Shown one piece after another: positions 8,293 through 18,096 of a stretch of 64,000 nt of DNA. Source of the DNA: Planctomycetota bacterium (GTDB lineage Bacteria; Planctomycetota; UBA1135; UBA2386). The DNA lies in the NCBI GenBank assembly GCA_046290465.1, contig JBKAGP010000001.1, positions 448,001-512,000 of the forward strand, written 5' to 3'. The stretch's first letter is position 1. Each line of letters opens with the position of its first letter. Both the position numbers and the translations under genes were made by a program. The notes below the pieces were generated by a model. It did no database searches. It was not told the origin of the DNA and was given only the letters and a program-made list of their open reading frames with translations.

Positions 8293-9222
8293 ATGCCCTA
8301 CCTCGGTGAGATCGCGGCGCTGTCGACGGCGCTGTGCTGGCTCGGCAGCAGCCTGGCGTTCGCCGTCGCGGGGCGCGAAGCGGGGGCGCAGCCGCTGAAC
8401 CAGTTCCGGCTCTACGCGGCGCTGCCGATGCTGTGCCTGCTCGGCTTTGCGATGACCGGTGCGGTCTGGCCGGGCGACGCGTCGTGGTCGCGCGTCTCGC
8501 TGCTCGCGCTGTCCGGCGTGGTCGGGCTGGTGGTCGGCGACTACGGCTACTTCCACTCGCTGGCGACGATCGGGCCGCGGCTGGCGTCGGTGATCATGGC
8601 GCTGTGGCCGGCGTGCACGGTCGGCATCGATGCGCTGCGCGGCGAGGCGCCGTCGCCGGAGCAGGGCCTCGGGGTGCTGCTGACCGTGGTCGGGGTGACG
8701 CTGGTGCTGGCGCGCAGCCGCGGCGGGTCGTGGCGTCCGGACCTCAGCAGGCGGCAGTGGACGATCGGCGTGCTCGGCGCGCTGGTCGGCGCGCTCGGCC
8801 AGGCGGCGGGCTTCGTGATGGCGCGCGCGGCGATGGCACCGGCTGCGGACCTGCCGACGGGGGTCGACCCGCTGCTGGCGACGATCGTGCGCATGGGCGC
8901 GGCGACGGTGGGCATGCAGCTGGTCGTGGTGCTGCAGCGCCGGCCGTTCGCGATGCGCAAGATCTGGCAGGTCCGCAAGGCGCTGGGGGCGGCGCTGGTC
9001 GGCACGCTGTGCGGTCCGGTCGTCGGCGTCTGGATGTCGATGGTCGCCGGCGCCAACGCGCGGGACGCCGGCGTCGCCGCCGCGCTGATGGGCACCACGC
9101 CGGTGTTCATGCTGCCGGTGACGGTGTGGCTCTACCGCGCGCGGGTCGGTCCGCTCGGAGTGATCGGCACGCTGCTCGCAGTGGCCGGCGTCGCAGTGTG
9201 CTTCGTGCGCGGCGGCGGCTAG
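8293..9222 (+). CDS. DMT/EamA family transporter
   Basis: About 10 hydrophobic helices in two repeats; MPYLGEIAAL, SGVVGLVVGD...IGP. Confidence 0.85.
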   Translation: MPYLGEIAALSTALCWLGSSLAFAVAGREAGAQPLNQFRLYAALPMLCLLGFAMTGAVWPGDASWSRVSLLALSGVVGLVVGDYGYFHSLATIGPRLASVIMALWPACTVGIDALRGEAPSPEQGLGVLLTVVGVTLVLARSRGGSWRPDLSRRQWTIGVLGALVGALGQAAGFVMARAAMAPAADLPTGVDPLLATIVRMGAATVGMQLVVVLQRRPFAMRKIWQVRKALGAALVGTLCGPVVGVWMSMVAGANARDAGVAAALMGTTPVFMLPVTVWLYRARVGPLGVIGTLLAVAGVAVCFVRGGG

Positions 9223-9305
9223 GAGCGTGTCCATGTAGTGGACGCGCTGCCGACCGTGATCGCGGAAGCGGCGTGTACGCCTGCGGACGGGGCTTTGCCC
9301 GCTAG
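9219..9305. repeat. 87-bp dispersed element, CTAG-bounded (copy 1)
   Basis: 83/87 identical to 56870-56956. Confidence 0.9.
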
Positions 9306-9337
9306 GAAGCGGCCCGCAGCCGCGTGGCCGCAGCGGT

Positions 9338-10204
9338 CTACAGGCGCAGCGACAGCAGCCGTTCGATGCGGGCCTCGGTCGGCGGGTGGGTCGAGAACAG
9401 GTTGGCGAGGCTGGCGCCGCGGCCGCGCAGGTTGGCCAGCGGGTTGACGATCGCGAGGCTGGTCGTGACCGGCTCGGGGCGGCCGGCGCCGCGCTGCACG
9501 ATCTGCTGGCCGTAGCTCTGCAGCTTGCGCAGAGCGTCGGCGAGCGCCTGCGGGTCGCGCGTCAGCCGCGCCGCGTACTCGTCGGCGTGGAACTCGCGCG
9601 AGCGGCTGATGCCGGCCTGGATCATCACCGCGCCGATCGGCGCCACCAACGAGAACAGCAGCGCGCCGAGGCCGCCGCCGTCGTCGTCGTCCGAGGACAT
9701 GCCGCCGAGCAGCGCGTTCCACTGCACCATCTGGGCGACGAACGAGATCGCGCCGGCGCCGGCCGCGGCGATCGTCGCGATCAGGGTGTCGCGGTGCTTG
9801 ACGTGGGCGAGTTCGTGCGCGATCACGCCGCGCAGTTCGCGCGCGTCGACCAGCTGCATCAGGCCCTCGGTGACGGCGACCACGGCGCGCTCGGGGCTGC
9901 GGCCGGTGGCGAACGCGTTGGGGGTCGCGTCGGGCACCACGGCCACCCGCGGCATCGGCAGGCCGGCCTTGGTGGCGAGCTCCTCGACCATGCCGAACAG
10001 GGCCGGCGCCTGGTGGCGTTCGAGGACCTGGGCGCGGCTCATGCGCAGCACGAGCTTGTCCGAGTAGAGGAACGCGCCGACGTTCATCACGATCGCGATG
10101 GCGGCGGCGAGGTAGAGCCCGGCCGGACTGATCAGTCCGCCGATCGTGATGATCAGCGCGGACAGCGCGCCGAGCAGCAGGATGGTCTTGAGCTGGTTGG
10201 GCAT
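9338..10204 (-). CDS. htpX: Zinc metalloprotease HtpX (M48)
   Basis: PNAFATGR, HELAH (HExxH), SRSREFHAD, FSTHPP. Confidence 0.93.
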   Translation of the reverse strand: MPNQLKTILLLGALSALIITIGGLISPAGLYLAAAIAIVMNVGAFLYSDKLVLRMSRAQVLERHQAPALFGMVEELATKAGLPMPRVAVVPDATPNAFATGRSPERAVVAVTEGLMQLVDARELRGVIAHELAHVKHRDTLIATIAAAGAGAISFVAQMVQWNALLGGMSSDDDDGGGLGALLFSLVAPIGAVMIQAGISRSREFHADEYAARLTRDPQALADALRKLQSYGQQIVQRGAGRPEPVTTSLAIVNPLANLRGRGASLANLFSTHPPTEARIERLLSLRL

Positions 10205-10250
10205 GTGCCCGGTCCTGTTAGGTCGGGCGGCGCGAGGATTCAAAGATCGT

Positions 10251-10337
10251 CGCGCTGGCTGCGTCGTCGCGAAGCGCCGCGCTTGGCTGCGTCGTCGCAG
10301 AGCGCCGCGCTGGCTGCGTCGTCGCTCAGAGCGCCGC
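10251..10337. repeat. Tandem repeat, 3 x 27-29 bp, overlapping the aminotransferase stop codon
   Basis: Unit CGCGC(T)TGGCTGCGTCGTCGC..AGCGC at 10251, 10278 and 10306. Confidence 0.85.
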
Positions 10338-11393
10338 CAGGAAGGCCTCGAGGCGGGCCTGGTCGTGGTCGCCCATGTGGCCGACCCGGAACGCCTTGCC
10401 CTTCAGGTCGCCGTAGCCCTTGTCCATCTTGAAGCCCGCGGCGGCGGCGCGTTCGGCCATCGCGCCGACGTCGGCGCCGTTGGCGTCGATGCAGCTGACG
10501 GTCGGCGAGCGGTGGGCGGCCTCCTGCACGAACGGCGTGTAGCCGCGGCCCTCGGCCCAGCCGAGCGTGTGCGCCTGCAGGTCGAGGTGGCGCTGCCAGC
10601 GGTTCTCGAGGCCTTCTTCGTGGATGCGCTGCAGCTGGCGCTGCAGCGCGTAGACCAGCGGCACGCACGGCGTCGCGGTCGGCTTGCCCGAGACGGTGTC
10701 CGGCACCGCCTGGACCAGGTCGAACAGGAAGCCGCGCTCGTCGACCGTCGCGGCGCGCTGCAGGGCGCGGTCGCTGGCGGCGTAGACGCCGAGGCCGGGG
10801 GGCAGCGCCAGGCACTTCTGGGTGCCGGCGAACGCCCAGTCGAGGCCCCAGTCGTCGAAGCGCAGCTCGGCGCCGGCGAGGCTGGTGACGACGTCGACCA
10901 TGAGCATCGCGTCCGGTGCGTGTTCGCGCGCGGTGGCGGCGAGGTCCCGCAGCGGCTGGATCACGCCGGTCGAGGTCTCGTTGTGGGTGATGCAGACCGC
11001 GGCGGTGTCCGGGTGCTGCTGCAGGTGCTGCGCCAGTTCGTCGGTGCTGTGCGCCTGGCCCATCGGGCGCTCGATCGCGACCGCCTCGCGACCGCACGCC
11101 TTGCTGACCTTGTGCCAGCGCTTGCCGAACGCGCCGCCGACCAGGTGCAGCGTCTTGCTGCCGCGCGGCACGAAGTTGCGGATGCCGGCCTCCATCAGCG
11201 CGGTGCCGGGGCAGGTCTCGAACGCCGCGTTCTGTTCGGTCAGGAACAGCGGCTGCAGGTACTTGCAGACGTCCTGCACGGTCGCGACGAACTTCGGGTC
11301 GCGATGGCCGAGCAGCGGCATCGACATGATCTGTCGGAGTTCTTCGTCGACCTCGGTCGGACCGGGGATGAACAGCACGGGGGAGTCGCCCAT
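10326..11393 (-). CDS. Class V PLP aminotransferase (AGT/serine-pyruvate type; probable phosphoserine aminotransferase by context)
   Basis: LFIPGPTEV, HNETSTGV, VDVVTS, GTQKCLALPPG, FRVGHMG. Confidence 0.88.
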   Translation of the reverse strand: MGDSPVLFIPGPTEVDEELRQIMSMPLLGHRDPKFVATVQDVCKYLQPLFLTEQNAAFETCPGTALMEAGIRNFVPRGSKTLHLVGGAFGKRWHKVSKACGREAVAIERPMGQAHSTDELAQHLQQHPDTAAVCITHNETSTGVIQPLRDLAATAREHAPDAMLMVDVVTSLAGAELRFDDWGLDWAFAGTQKCLALPPGLGVYAASDRALQRAATVDERGFLFDLVQAVPDTVSGKPTATPCVPLVYALQRQLQRIHEEGLENRWQRHLDLQAHTLGWAEGRGYTPFVQEAAHRSPTVSCIDANGADVGAMAERAAAAGFKMDKGYGDLKGKAFRVGHMGDHDQARLEAFLAAL

Positions 11394-11415
11394 GCCGCAA
11401 GCTTCTTGCTTCGGC

Positions 11416-12138
11416 TCACGAAAGCAACGAAGTGAAGCGCGGTTCGGCGCGCAGCTTCGCCTGTTCGTCGTCGCTCAGCAGCAGCGGCAGGATCGCGGCC
11501 AGCGACGGGCCGTCGACGAAGTGCTCGGCGCCGGCGCGCACCGCGTCGCGTGCGACCACGCCGCCGAAGCCGACGAAGCGGGCCACGTGGTCCTTGGTCT
11601 CGAGGTCGGTGATGCCGTCGCCGACGAACGCCATCGGATGGTGGGCGGCGGGGGCGTTCTCGACGACCGGGATCTTGCCGCCGTTCTGCCACAGCGGCGA
11701 GTCGTGGTCGAAGTCGACGTAGTCGCCCTGCTGGTCGAAGATCAGCGGCACCGCGTGCACGTGTTCGGTCGGCACGCCGAGGTGGCGCGCGAGGTGCTGC
11801 ACCGGCACCAGCAGGCCGCCGGAGACGATGCCGACGTGCTTGCCGCAGAACTGCAGCGCCGCGATGGTGGCCTCGCCGTCCGCGACGACGTTGGCGACGT
11901 AGTGGCCCCCGACCTCGTCGAGCTGCGCGCGCTTGGGCGCGAGCTTGCGCAGTCGGGTCTCGTAGACCTCGGCAAGCGGCAGCGTGCCGTCCATCGCCTG
12001 CGAAGTCAGCTCGGCGATGTCCCGCCGCAGCGCCGGATCGGCGAACTGCAGCAGCTCGTCGACCCCTTCGATCGACGACAGCGTCGAATCACAATCGAAG
12101 TAGACAGCAGCAAACGGCGGCCCGGATCGAGTTCCCAC
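11416..12138 (-). CDS. serB: HAD-IB phosphoserine phosphatase
   Basis: FDCDSTL..IEGVDEL, AMDG, VSGG, GDGITD; adjacent to serA. Confidence 0.85.
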   Translation of the reverse strand: MGTRSGPPFAAVYFDCDSTLSSIEGVDELLQFADPALRRDIAELTSQAMDGTLPLAEVYETRLRKLAPKRAQLDEVGGHYVANVVADGEATIAALQFCGKHVGIVSGGLLVPVQHLARHLGVPTEHVHAVPLIFDQQGDYVDFDHDSPLWQNGGKIPVVENAPAAHHPMAFVGDGITDLETKDHVARFVGFGGVVARDAVRAGAEHFVDGPSLAAILPLLLSDDEQAKLRAEPRFTSLLS

Positions 12139-12285
12139 CCCCGCACCCTACCGTCGGCACGTTCGGTTCCGCGACAAATCCTCGCGGATCCACCCGTCGC
12201 GTTCTCCAGGGACAGAGGCCGTCGGATCCGCCGAGCAGGTCGGGGGCGCGTGGTCCGCAAGGGGTGCTCCCGGAGCCAGGCTGTT

Positions 12286-12355
12286 GGACCGGACTATCGG
12301 ACCGGACTATCGGGCTGGGTTATCGGACCGGGTTATCGGACCGGGTTATCGGACC
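12286..12355. repeat. Tandem repeat, ~5.4 x 13 bp (GGACCGGGTTATC), includes the serA stop codon
   Basis: Units at 12286, 12299, 12312, 12325 and 12338. Confidence 0.9.
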
Positions 12356-13920
12356 AGGCGGGCTTGTTCGATGGAGTCGATGGCGCGGACCTGCTCGACC
12401 AGGGCGTCGGTGGCGTCGCCCTCGAGGTTGAGGATGCCCAGTGCGGTGGTCTTGTCCTTGCTCTGGCCGATCTGCATGCGCGAGATGTTGCAGCCGGCGT
12501 TGCCGATGACGGTGCCGAGCTTGCCGACGACGCCGGGCTCGTCCTTGTGGAACGTCACGATCATCGGCCCTTCCGGGATGGCGTCGAGCACGTAGTCGTC
12601 GAGCTGCACCATGCGGCCGTGCTTGTGGCCGAGCACCGTGCCGCTGGCGAAGTGGCGCTGCTCGTCGATCACGCACTCGACCCGCAGCAGGCTCATGAAG
12701 TCGCGCTTCATCGTCGACGCGTCGCAGTGGGTGCGCACGTTGCGCTCCTCGGCGATGCGCTCGGCGTTGACCGGCGTGACCGGGCCGGTCGTCGACGGCT
12801 GCAGCGCGCCGGCGAGCGTCGCGACGGTCAGCGCCTTGTGGGCCGAGGCCGGCACGCCGCCCTGCACCGTCAGGCGCACCGACTGCAGCTGGCCCGAGAA
12901 CGTCTGCGTCAGCACCGACGCGAGGTTGCGCGCCAGGTCCATGTAGGGGCCGATCTGGGCGGCGTCGGCCGGCGACACGCGGGCGACGTTGACGCCGTTG
13001 AGCACGACGCCCTTCTTGACCACCAGTTCGATCTGCCGCGCCATGTCGCGCGACACGTAGCGCTTGGCCTCGGCCGTGCTGGCGCCGAGGTGCGGCGTCA
13101 GCACCAGGTTGGGCGCCGAGCGCAGCGGGCTGTCCTCGGCCAGCGGCTCGGACTCGAACACGTCGAGCGCGGCGCCGGCGAGGTGGCCCTCGGTGAGCGC
13201 CTCGACCAGACCCCGCTCGCAGACGATGCCGCCGCGCGCGGCGTGCACCAGCCGGGCGCCCTTCTTCATCGCGAACAGGCGATCGCGGTCGAGCAGGTGG
13301 CGGGTCTTGTCCATCAGCGGCACGTGCACCGTGACGAAGTCGCTGGTCGCCAGCAGCTCGTCGAGGTCGAGCATGCGCACACCCTCGGGCGCGTTGGCCT
13401 GGGTGACGAACGGATCGTACGCCGCGATCGTCATGCCGAGGCCGCGGCACTTGTCGGCGGCGATCCGCCCGATGCGGCCGAGGCCGACCACGCCGAGCTG
13501 CTTGTCCTGCAGCTCGACGCCGGTGAACTTCGACTTCTCCCACTTGCCGGCGCGCACCGACGCGTCGGCCGCCGGGATCTTGCGCGCCAGGCTCATCAGC
13601 AGCGCGACCGCGTGCTCGGCGGTGGTGACGGTGTTGGCCTCGGGCGTGTTCATCACCGCGATGCCGCGCGCGGTGCAGGCCGGCACGTCGATGTTGTCGA
13701 CGCCGATGCCGGCGCGGCCGACCACCGCCAGGTCGTCGGCCAGCTCGAGGCTCTTCGCGGTGACGGTCGTCGCCGAGCGGACCACCAGCACCTGGTAGCC
13801 CGGCAGCGTCTCGCGCAGGGTCGCTTCGTCCATGCCGGTCTTGAGCGTCACGTCGCCGCAGTCGCGCAGCATCGCCATGCCTTCGTCGCCCAGATCGTCG
13901 GCAACCAGGATCTTCGTCAT
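12346..13920 (-). CDS. serA: D-3-phosphoglycerate dehydrogenase (long type with ASB+ACT domains)
   Basis: VVRSAT, GRAGIGVDNID, GLGRIG, TPHLGAST; C-terminal HKDEPGVVG ACT domain. Confidence 0.95.
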   Translation of the reverse strand: MTKILVADDLGDEGMAMLRDCGDVTLKTGMDEATLRETLPGYQVLVVRSATTVTAKSLELADDLAVVGRAGIGVDNIDVPACTARGIAVMNTPEANTVTTAEHAVALLMSLARKIPAADASVRAGKWEKSKFTGVELQDKQLGVVGLGRIGRIAADKCRGLGMTIAAYDPFVTQANAPEGVRMLDLDELLATSDFVTVHVPLMDKTRHLLDRDRLFAMKKGARLVHAARGGIVCERGLVEALTEGHLAGAALDVFESEPLAEDSPLRSAPNLVLTPHLGASTAEAKRYVSRDMARQIELVVKKGVVLNGVNVARVSPADAAQIGPYMDLARNLASVLTQTFSGQLQSVRLTVQGGVPASAHKALTVATLAGALQPSTTGPVTPVNAERIAEERNVRTHCDASTMKRDFMSLLRVECVIDEQRHFASGTVLGHKHGRMVQLDDYVLDAIPEGPMIVTFHKDEPGVVGKLGTVIGNAGCNISRMQIGQSKDKTTALGILNLEGDATDALVEQVRAIDSIEQARLVR

Positions 13921-13966
13921 CTCGTCGGGTGGTGGGGTCTCGGTGCGTGGGTGGTCTCGGTCGGGC

Positions 13967-15406
13967 TCAGCGCGCGCCCTTGCCGCGCAGGATCACGGTC
14001 ACGGTGCGCAGCATGATGTTCAGGTCGAACAGCAGGCCCATGTTCTTGATGTAGTAGAGGTCGTAGCGCAGCTTTTCCTGCGCGTCCTCCATCGAGGCGC
14101 CGTACGGGTGGCACACCTGCGCCCAGCCGGTCAGGCCCGGCTTGACCGTGTGCCGCAGCGGATAGAACGGGATGTCCTTCTGCAGCTGCTCGACGAAGTG
14201 CTGGCGCTCCGGCCGCGGCCCGACGAACGACATCTGGCCGCCGAGGATGTTGAGGAACTGCGGGATCTCGTCGATGCGCGTCAGCCGCAGGAACTTGCCG
14301 ATCGGCGTGACGCGGCTGTCGTTCTTCTGCGCCCACACCGGCCCCGACTTGGCCTCGGCGTCGGGCGTCATGGTGCGGAACTTGGTCAGCCGGAACACCT
14401 CGCCGTCCTCGCCGACGCGCTCCTGCGTGAAGAACACCGGACCCTTGCTCGTCAGCTTGATCAGCAGCGCCGTCAGCACGCAGATCGGGAACGACAGCAC
14501 CAGCCCGATCGACGACGCCAGGATGTCGAGCACCCGCTTGAGCGCCATCGTCAGCGGGTCCTTGGCGAAGCCGCGGCCGTAGATCAGGTAGCTCGGCCGC
14601 ATCGACTCGACCGCCAGCTTGCCGGTGAGGCGCTCGTACATCGCCTCGCGCTCCTCGATGATGACCCCGTCCATGCGGCACTTCAGCAGCGCATCGACCG
14701 GGAACTTGCCGCGACGTTCCTTCAGCGAAACGATCACGCGGCTGATGCCGTCCTCGCGGCAGGTCTTGTGCAGGCACTCGAGGTTGCCGAGCAGCGGCGC
14801 GTCGTCGGCGGTGGTCTCGAGCGGCGGCTGGCCGACCTCCTCGATCAGGCCGCGGACCTCGAAGCCCGCCATCGGGTTCTCACGCAGCATGCGGCTGAGG
14901 TTGAGCGCCTCGGGCGACGAGCCGAGCACGATCACCCGTTCGCCGAACCGCCACTTGTAGAAGAACCAGTGGAAGAAGTGGCGCAGCACGAACACCAGCG
15001 CGAACGCGATGCCGACCAGCACGATCAGCTTCCAGGTCTCGCCGTTGATGTTCTGCAGACCGGGCAGGTAGAACAGCGAGCCGGCGACCAGCGCCAGGAA
15101 GCCCAGCATCACCAGCGCGTAGCCGTAGCTGTGCACCAGCCGGTTGGCCAGTTCGGCGCGGTTCTGCGCGACCTTCCAGTCGTAGAGGTCGTTGTAGCTC
15201 AGCGCGGCCTGGCAGAAGATCGCGATCGCGAAGCTGGTGACCAGCCCGCGCATCAGGTCCTCGGACATCTCGAGCAGCAGGAAGCTCTTGCTGCTGAGCG
15301 GCGGCACGCTGGTCCCGATCAGGATCACGGCGGCGAACAGCACGTTCTCGCTGAGCAGCAAGAGCATCTTGCGCCGCGGGATGATCTGTTCGGCTAGGGT
15401 GACCAT
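13967..15406 (-). CDS. Exopolysaccharide polyprenyl glycosylphosphotransferase (priming sugar transferase)
   Basis: N-terminal TM helices; KRVLDI, FTQERVG, KFRTM, RIDEIPQ, MSFVGPRPER, KPGLTGWAQV, DLYYI. Probable own ATG at 15406. Confidence 0.92.
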   Translation of the reverse strand: MVTLAEQIIPRRKMLLLLSENVLFAAVILIGTSVPPLSSKSFLLLEMSEDLMRGLVTSFAIAIFCQAALSYNDLYDWKVAQNRAELANRLVHSYGYALVMLGFLALVAGSLFYLPGLQNINGETWKLIVLVGIAFALVFVLRHFFHWFFYKWRFGERVIVLGSSPEALNLSRMLRENPMAGFEVRGLIEEVGQPPLETTADDAPLLGNLECLHKTCREDGISRVIVSLKERRGKFPVDALLKCRMDGVIIEEREAMYERLTGKLAVESMRPSYLIYGRGFAKDPLTMALKRVLDILASSIGLVLSFPICVLTALLIKLTSKGPVFFTQERVGEDGEVFRLTKFRTMTPDAEAKSGPVWAQKNDSRVTPIGKFLRLTRIDEIPQFLNILGGQMSFVGPRPERQHFVEQLQKDIPFYPLRHTVKPGLTGWAQVCHPYGASMEDAQEKLRYDLYYIKNMGLLFDLNIMLRTVTVILRGKGAR

Positions 15407-15934
15407 GGATGAGGGGAGCGTCCGGAAGCCGTTGGAATAACTCGGCGTCTGAAGAAAGTCTGCTGGAGCGGTGCGGGAGAACCCTATGCCATCGGCGGCA
15501 AGGCGCAGCCGACGGATCCCGCGAAAGTGGTGAAGATCGGCCGGCCGTCGGCCAGATCTGTCCGGGTCGCGCCAACGCACCGTGACGACGTCGATGCGCA
15601 GCTCGCGCGGCCGCGGTCGCAGCGACGGCGCGAGCGTTTGCAACGACGCTTCGATGCGGTCCAACTGGTCGGCGCGCACGGTCCGTTCGGGCGCCGGATG
15701 GTCGCGTCGCGCCTTGACCTCGACCGCGATCCAGACGCGCCCGCGCCGGCAGAGCAGGTCGATCTCGCCGTGTCGCGTACGCACGTTGCGTGCGTGCACG
15801 CGCAGGCCGAGGCGCTGCAGCGCGCGGCAGGCGAGGTCCTCACCGTGCCGTCCCGAGGTCTGCGGGGCGCGCTTGCCGGCATGTCCGCCCGGGTCAGCTG
15901 GCCTTCGGCGCGGCGTTGTCGGCCGCCGGCTCAC
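15407..15934 (-). CDS. yraN: YraN/UPF0102 nuclease-like domain, in frame with the sugar transferase and lacking its own stop
   Basis: GRHGEDLA...L, RNVR...GEIDL, VEVKAR, RIDVV. Confidence 0.75.
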
Positions 15935-16355
15935 GCTCGACCCGCGCGACCGCGGTGCGATCGAACGTCATGTTGATGCTGTCGACGCGCAGCGTGACGG
16001 TCTTCTCGGTCAGCGAGTCGACGACGCCGTGCATGCCGCTGATCGTGACGACCTTGTCGCCCTGCTTGATCGACGACAGTAGCGCCTGCTGCTCCTTCTT
16101 CCGCTTCTGCTCGGGGCGGATCATCATGAAGTACATCAGCACCAGGAACACCGGCATCATCCACAGCATGGTGTCGTTGGCGCACGGGCCCTGCGGCGCG
16201 GCGTTGGGGTCCTGCTTGGGGCCGGTCGGCTCGCCGGTGCCGGTGCTGCCGGCCGCGCCCGGGTTGCTGTTGCCGCCCGTCGGCGCGTCCGAGCGCGAGG
16301 TCGGATCCTGGAAGCGAACGAACGGGACGGGAACGAAGTAGGTCGTCTGCGACAT
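15894..16355 (-). CDS. yajC: Preprotein translocase subunit YajC
   Basis: MYFMMIRPEQKRKK, GDKVVTISGMHG. Start uncertain (16355 or 16373). Confidence 0.92.
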   Translation of the reverse strand: MSQTTYFVPVPFVRFQDPTSRSDAPTGGNSNPGAAGSTGTGEPTGPKQDPNAAPQGPCANDTMLWMMPVFLVLMYFMMIRPEQKRKKEQQALLSSIKQGDKVVTISGMHGVVDSLTEKTVTLRVDSINMTFDRTAVARVEREPAADNAAPKAS

Positions 16356-16561
16356 CTGGGGGTCTGCGATCACCCGGCGACGGCCGGGCGAGGTCGGGAG
16401 TGGCCGACGGGCGGGTGACGGTCGTCGGGCCGGCTCGGAAGTTCGGCCGCAAGCTGGGCCGGAAAATGGGCCAGCAGTATAGGGACAGGGCGGCTTGCGT
16501 TGCAGCCAAAGAAGCCCATCCTGTCTGCCCCGAGGTTCCGACCGGGTCCCGGGAGCCCATC

Positions 16562-17605
16562 ATGCGAGTCCTTACGGCGATGTCCGGCGGTGTCGACAGC
16601 AGCGTGGTGGCCCTCATGCTGCAGCAGCAGGGCCACGACGTGGTCGGCGTGTTCATGCGCAACGGGGTGGCCGGAAAGTCCGCCCAGGAGAAGTCGTGCT
16701 GCTCGGCGAGCGACGCGCGCGACGCTTCGGTGGTGGCGGATCGTCTGGGCATCCCGTTCTACGCGGTCGACTACGAGCAGGAGTTCGCCCGGCTGATGGA
16801 CCACTTCGCGGCCGAGTACCGCGCCGGCCGCACGCCGAACCCCTGTGTGCTGTGCAACCAGCACCTGAAGTTTGGCCACCTTTTCGACCTCGCCGACGAC
16901 GTCGGCGCCGAGATGGTCGCGACCGGACACTACGCGCAGGTGCGCGACGGCCAGCTGCACACGGCGGTCGACGGCAACAAGGACCAGACCTACTACCTGT
17001 TCGGGATCGATCGCACGGCGCTCGACCGCACGCTGTTCCCGCTCGGCGGCATGACCAAGGACGAGGTCCGCAAGGTCGCCGAGCAGAACGGCCTGGTCAC
17101 CGCGCAGAAGCCGGAGTCGATGGAGATCTGCTTCGTGACCAGCGGCGACTACCGCGACGTCGTGCGCGCGCGCGGCGGCACCGGGCGGCCGGGGTCGTTC
17201 GTCGACGTCGAGGGCCGGCAGCTCGGCGAACACGACGGCGTCGACGGCTTCACGGTCGGGCAGCGCAAGGGCCTGCCGGCGCTGGGCACGCCGCACTACG
17301 TTGCCGCGATCGATCCGGAGTCGGGCGACGTGACGCTGGTGCCGCGCGATGGCCTGCAGCGGCGCACGATGTTCGTCAGCGGTGTGCACTGGCTGGCGGA
17401 CGCGCCGGCGGACGGCGACGAGGTGGTCGGCGAACTGAAGGTGCGGGCGCGCCATCGGCCGGTGCCGGGCCGGATCGTCGCGACCGGCGACACCGCGCGG
17501 GTGACGTTCGACGAGCCGGTGGACGCGATCACGCCCGGTCAGGCGGCGGTGTTCTACCGCGACACGCGCGTGCTCGGCGGCGCGTGGATCGACGGCTCGG
17601 CTTGA
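16562..17605 (+). CDS. mnmA: tRNA 2-thiouridine(34) synthase
   Basis: AMSGGVDSS, TPNPCVLCN, ATGHYA, KDQTYYL, ESMEICF, TPGQAAVFY. Confidence 0.96.
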   Translation: MRVLTAMSGGVDSSVVALMLQQQGHDVVGVFMRNGVAGKSAQEKSCCSASDARDASVVADRLGIPFYAVDYEQEFARLMDHFAAEYRAGRTPNPCVLCNQHLKFGHLFDLADDVGAEMVATGHYAQVRDGQLHTAVDGNKDQTYYLFGIDRTALDRTLFPLGGMTKDEVRKVAEQNGLVTAQKPESMEICFVTSGDYRDVVRARGGTGRPGSFVDVEGRQLGEHDGVDGFTVGQRKGLPALGTPHYVAAIDPESGDVTLVPRDGLQRRTMFVSGVHWLADAPADGDEVVGELKVRARHRPVPGRIVATGDTARVTFDEPVDAITPGQAAVFYRDTRVLGGAWIDGSA

Positions 17606-17726
17606 TCCTGGCCGTTCGTTCTCATCCGTTCGGCGTGCGCGTCGGTTCGGACCGGAAGGCGCCCGTGTGGTCGACGGCGGCATCGCTGCCTGGGGGATAG
17701 CCGACTGCGGCGTGGCGCGCGGCCAG

Positions 17727-17778
17727 GTGGCGCAACCTGAACCGTGGCGCAACCTGAACCGGGTTCGGTATGCGGTGG
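17727..17778. repeat. REP-like 32-bp dispersed repeat plus a 2 x 17-bp tandem
   Basis: 17747-17778 is the reverse complement (31/32) of 38362-38393; GTGGCGCAACCTGAACC is duplicated at 17727 and 17744. Confidence 0.8.
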
Positions 17779-18096
17779 TCAGGCTTCGGCGGTGTGTTCG
17801 TGGCCGGGGTCGTCGGGGCGGGCGACGGCGCTGCGCAGGCCGGTGCCGGCGCGGAAGCCGACGGAGCGGCTGGCGGCGATCTGCATCGGCTCGCGGGTCT
17901 GCGGGTTGCGGCCCATGCGCGCGGCGCGCTCCTTCACCTGGAAGGTGCCGAAGCCGACGATCTGCACCTCGCCGTCGACCTGCAGGCCGCGCTCGACCGC
18001 GCTGAGCACGGCGTTGACGGCGCGTTCGGCGTGCGCCTTGGAGCACTCGACCCCGAGGTGCTTCTGGACTTCGGTGATCAGGTCGGCCTTGTTCAT
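17779..18096 (-). CDS. hup: HU family DNA-binding protein
   Basis: MNKADLI, VQIVGFGTF, RAARMGRNPQT. Confidence 0.95.
   Translation of the reverse strand: MNKADLITEVQKHLGVECSKAHAERAVNAVLSAVERGLQVDGEVQIVGFGTFQVKERAARMGRNPQTREPMQIAASRSVGFRAGTGLRSAVARPDDPGHEHTAEA

Noticed and set aside
10251..12355. Tandem arrays as CRISPR
   Set aside because: Units are contiguous with no unique spacers, mostly too short, and there are no cas genes.
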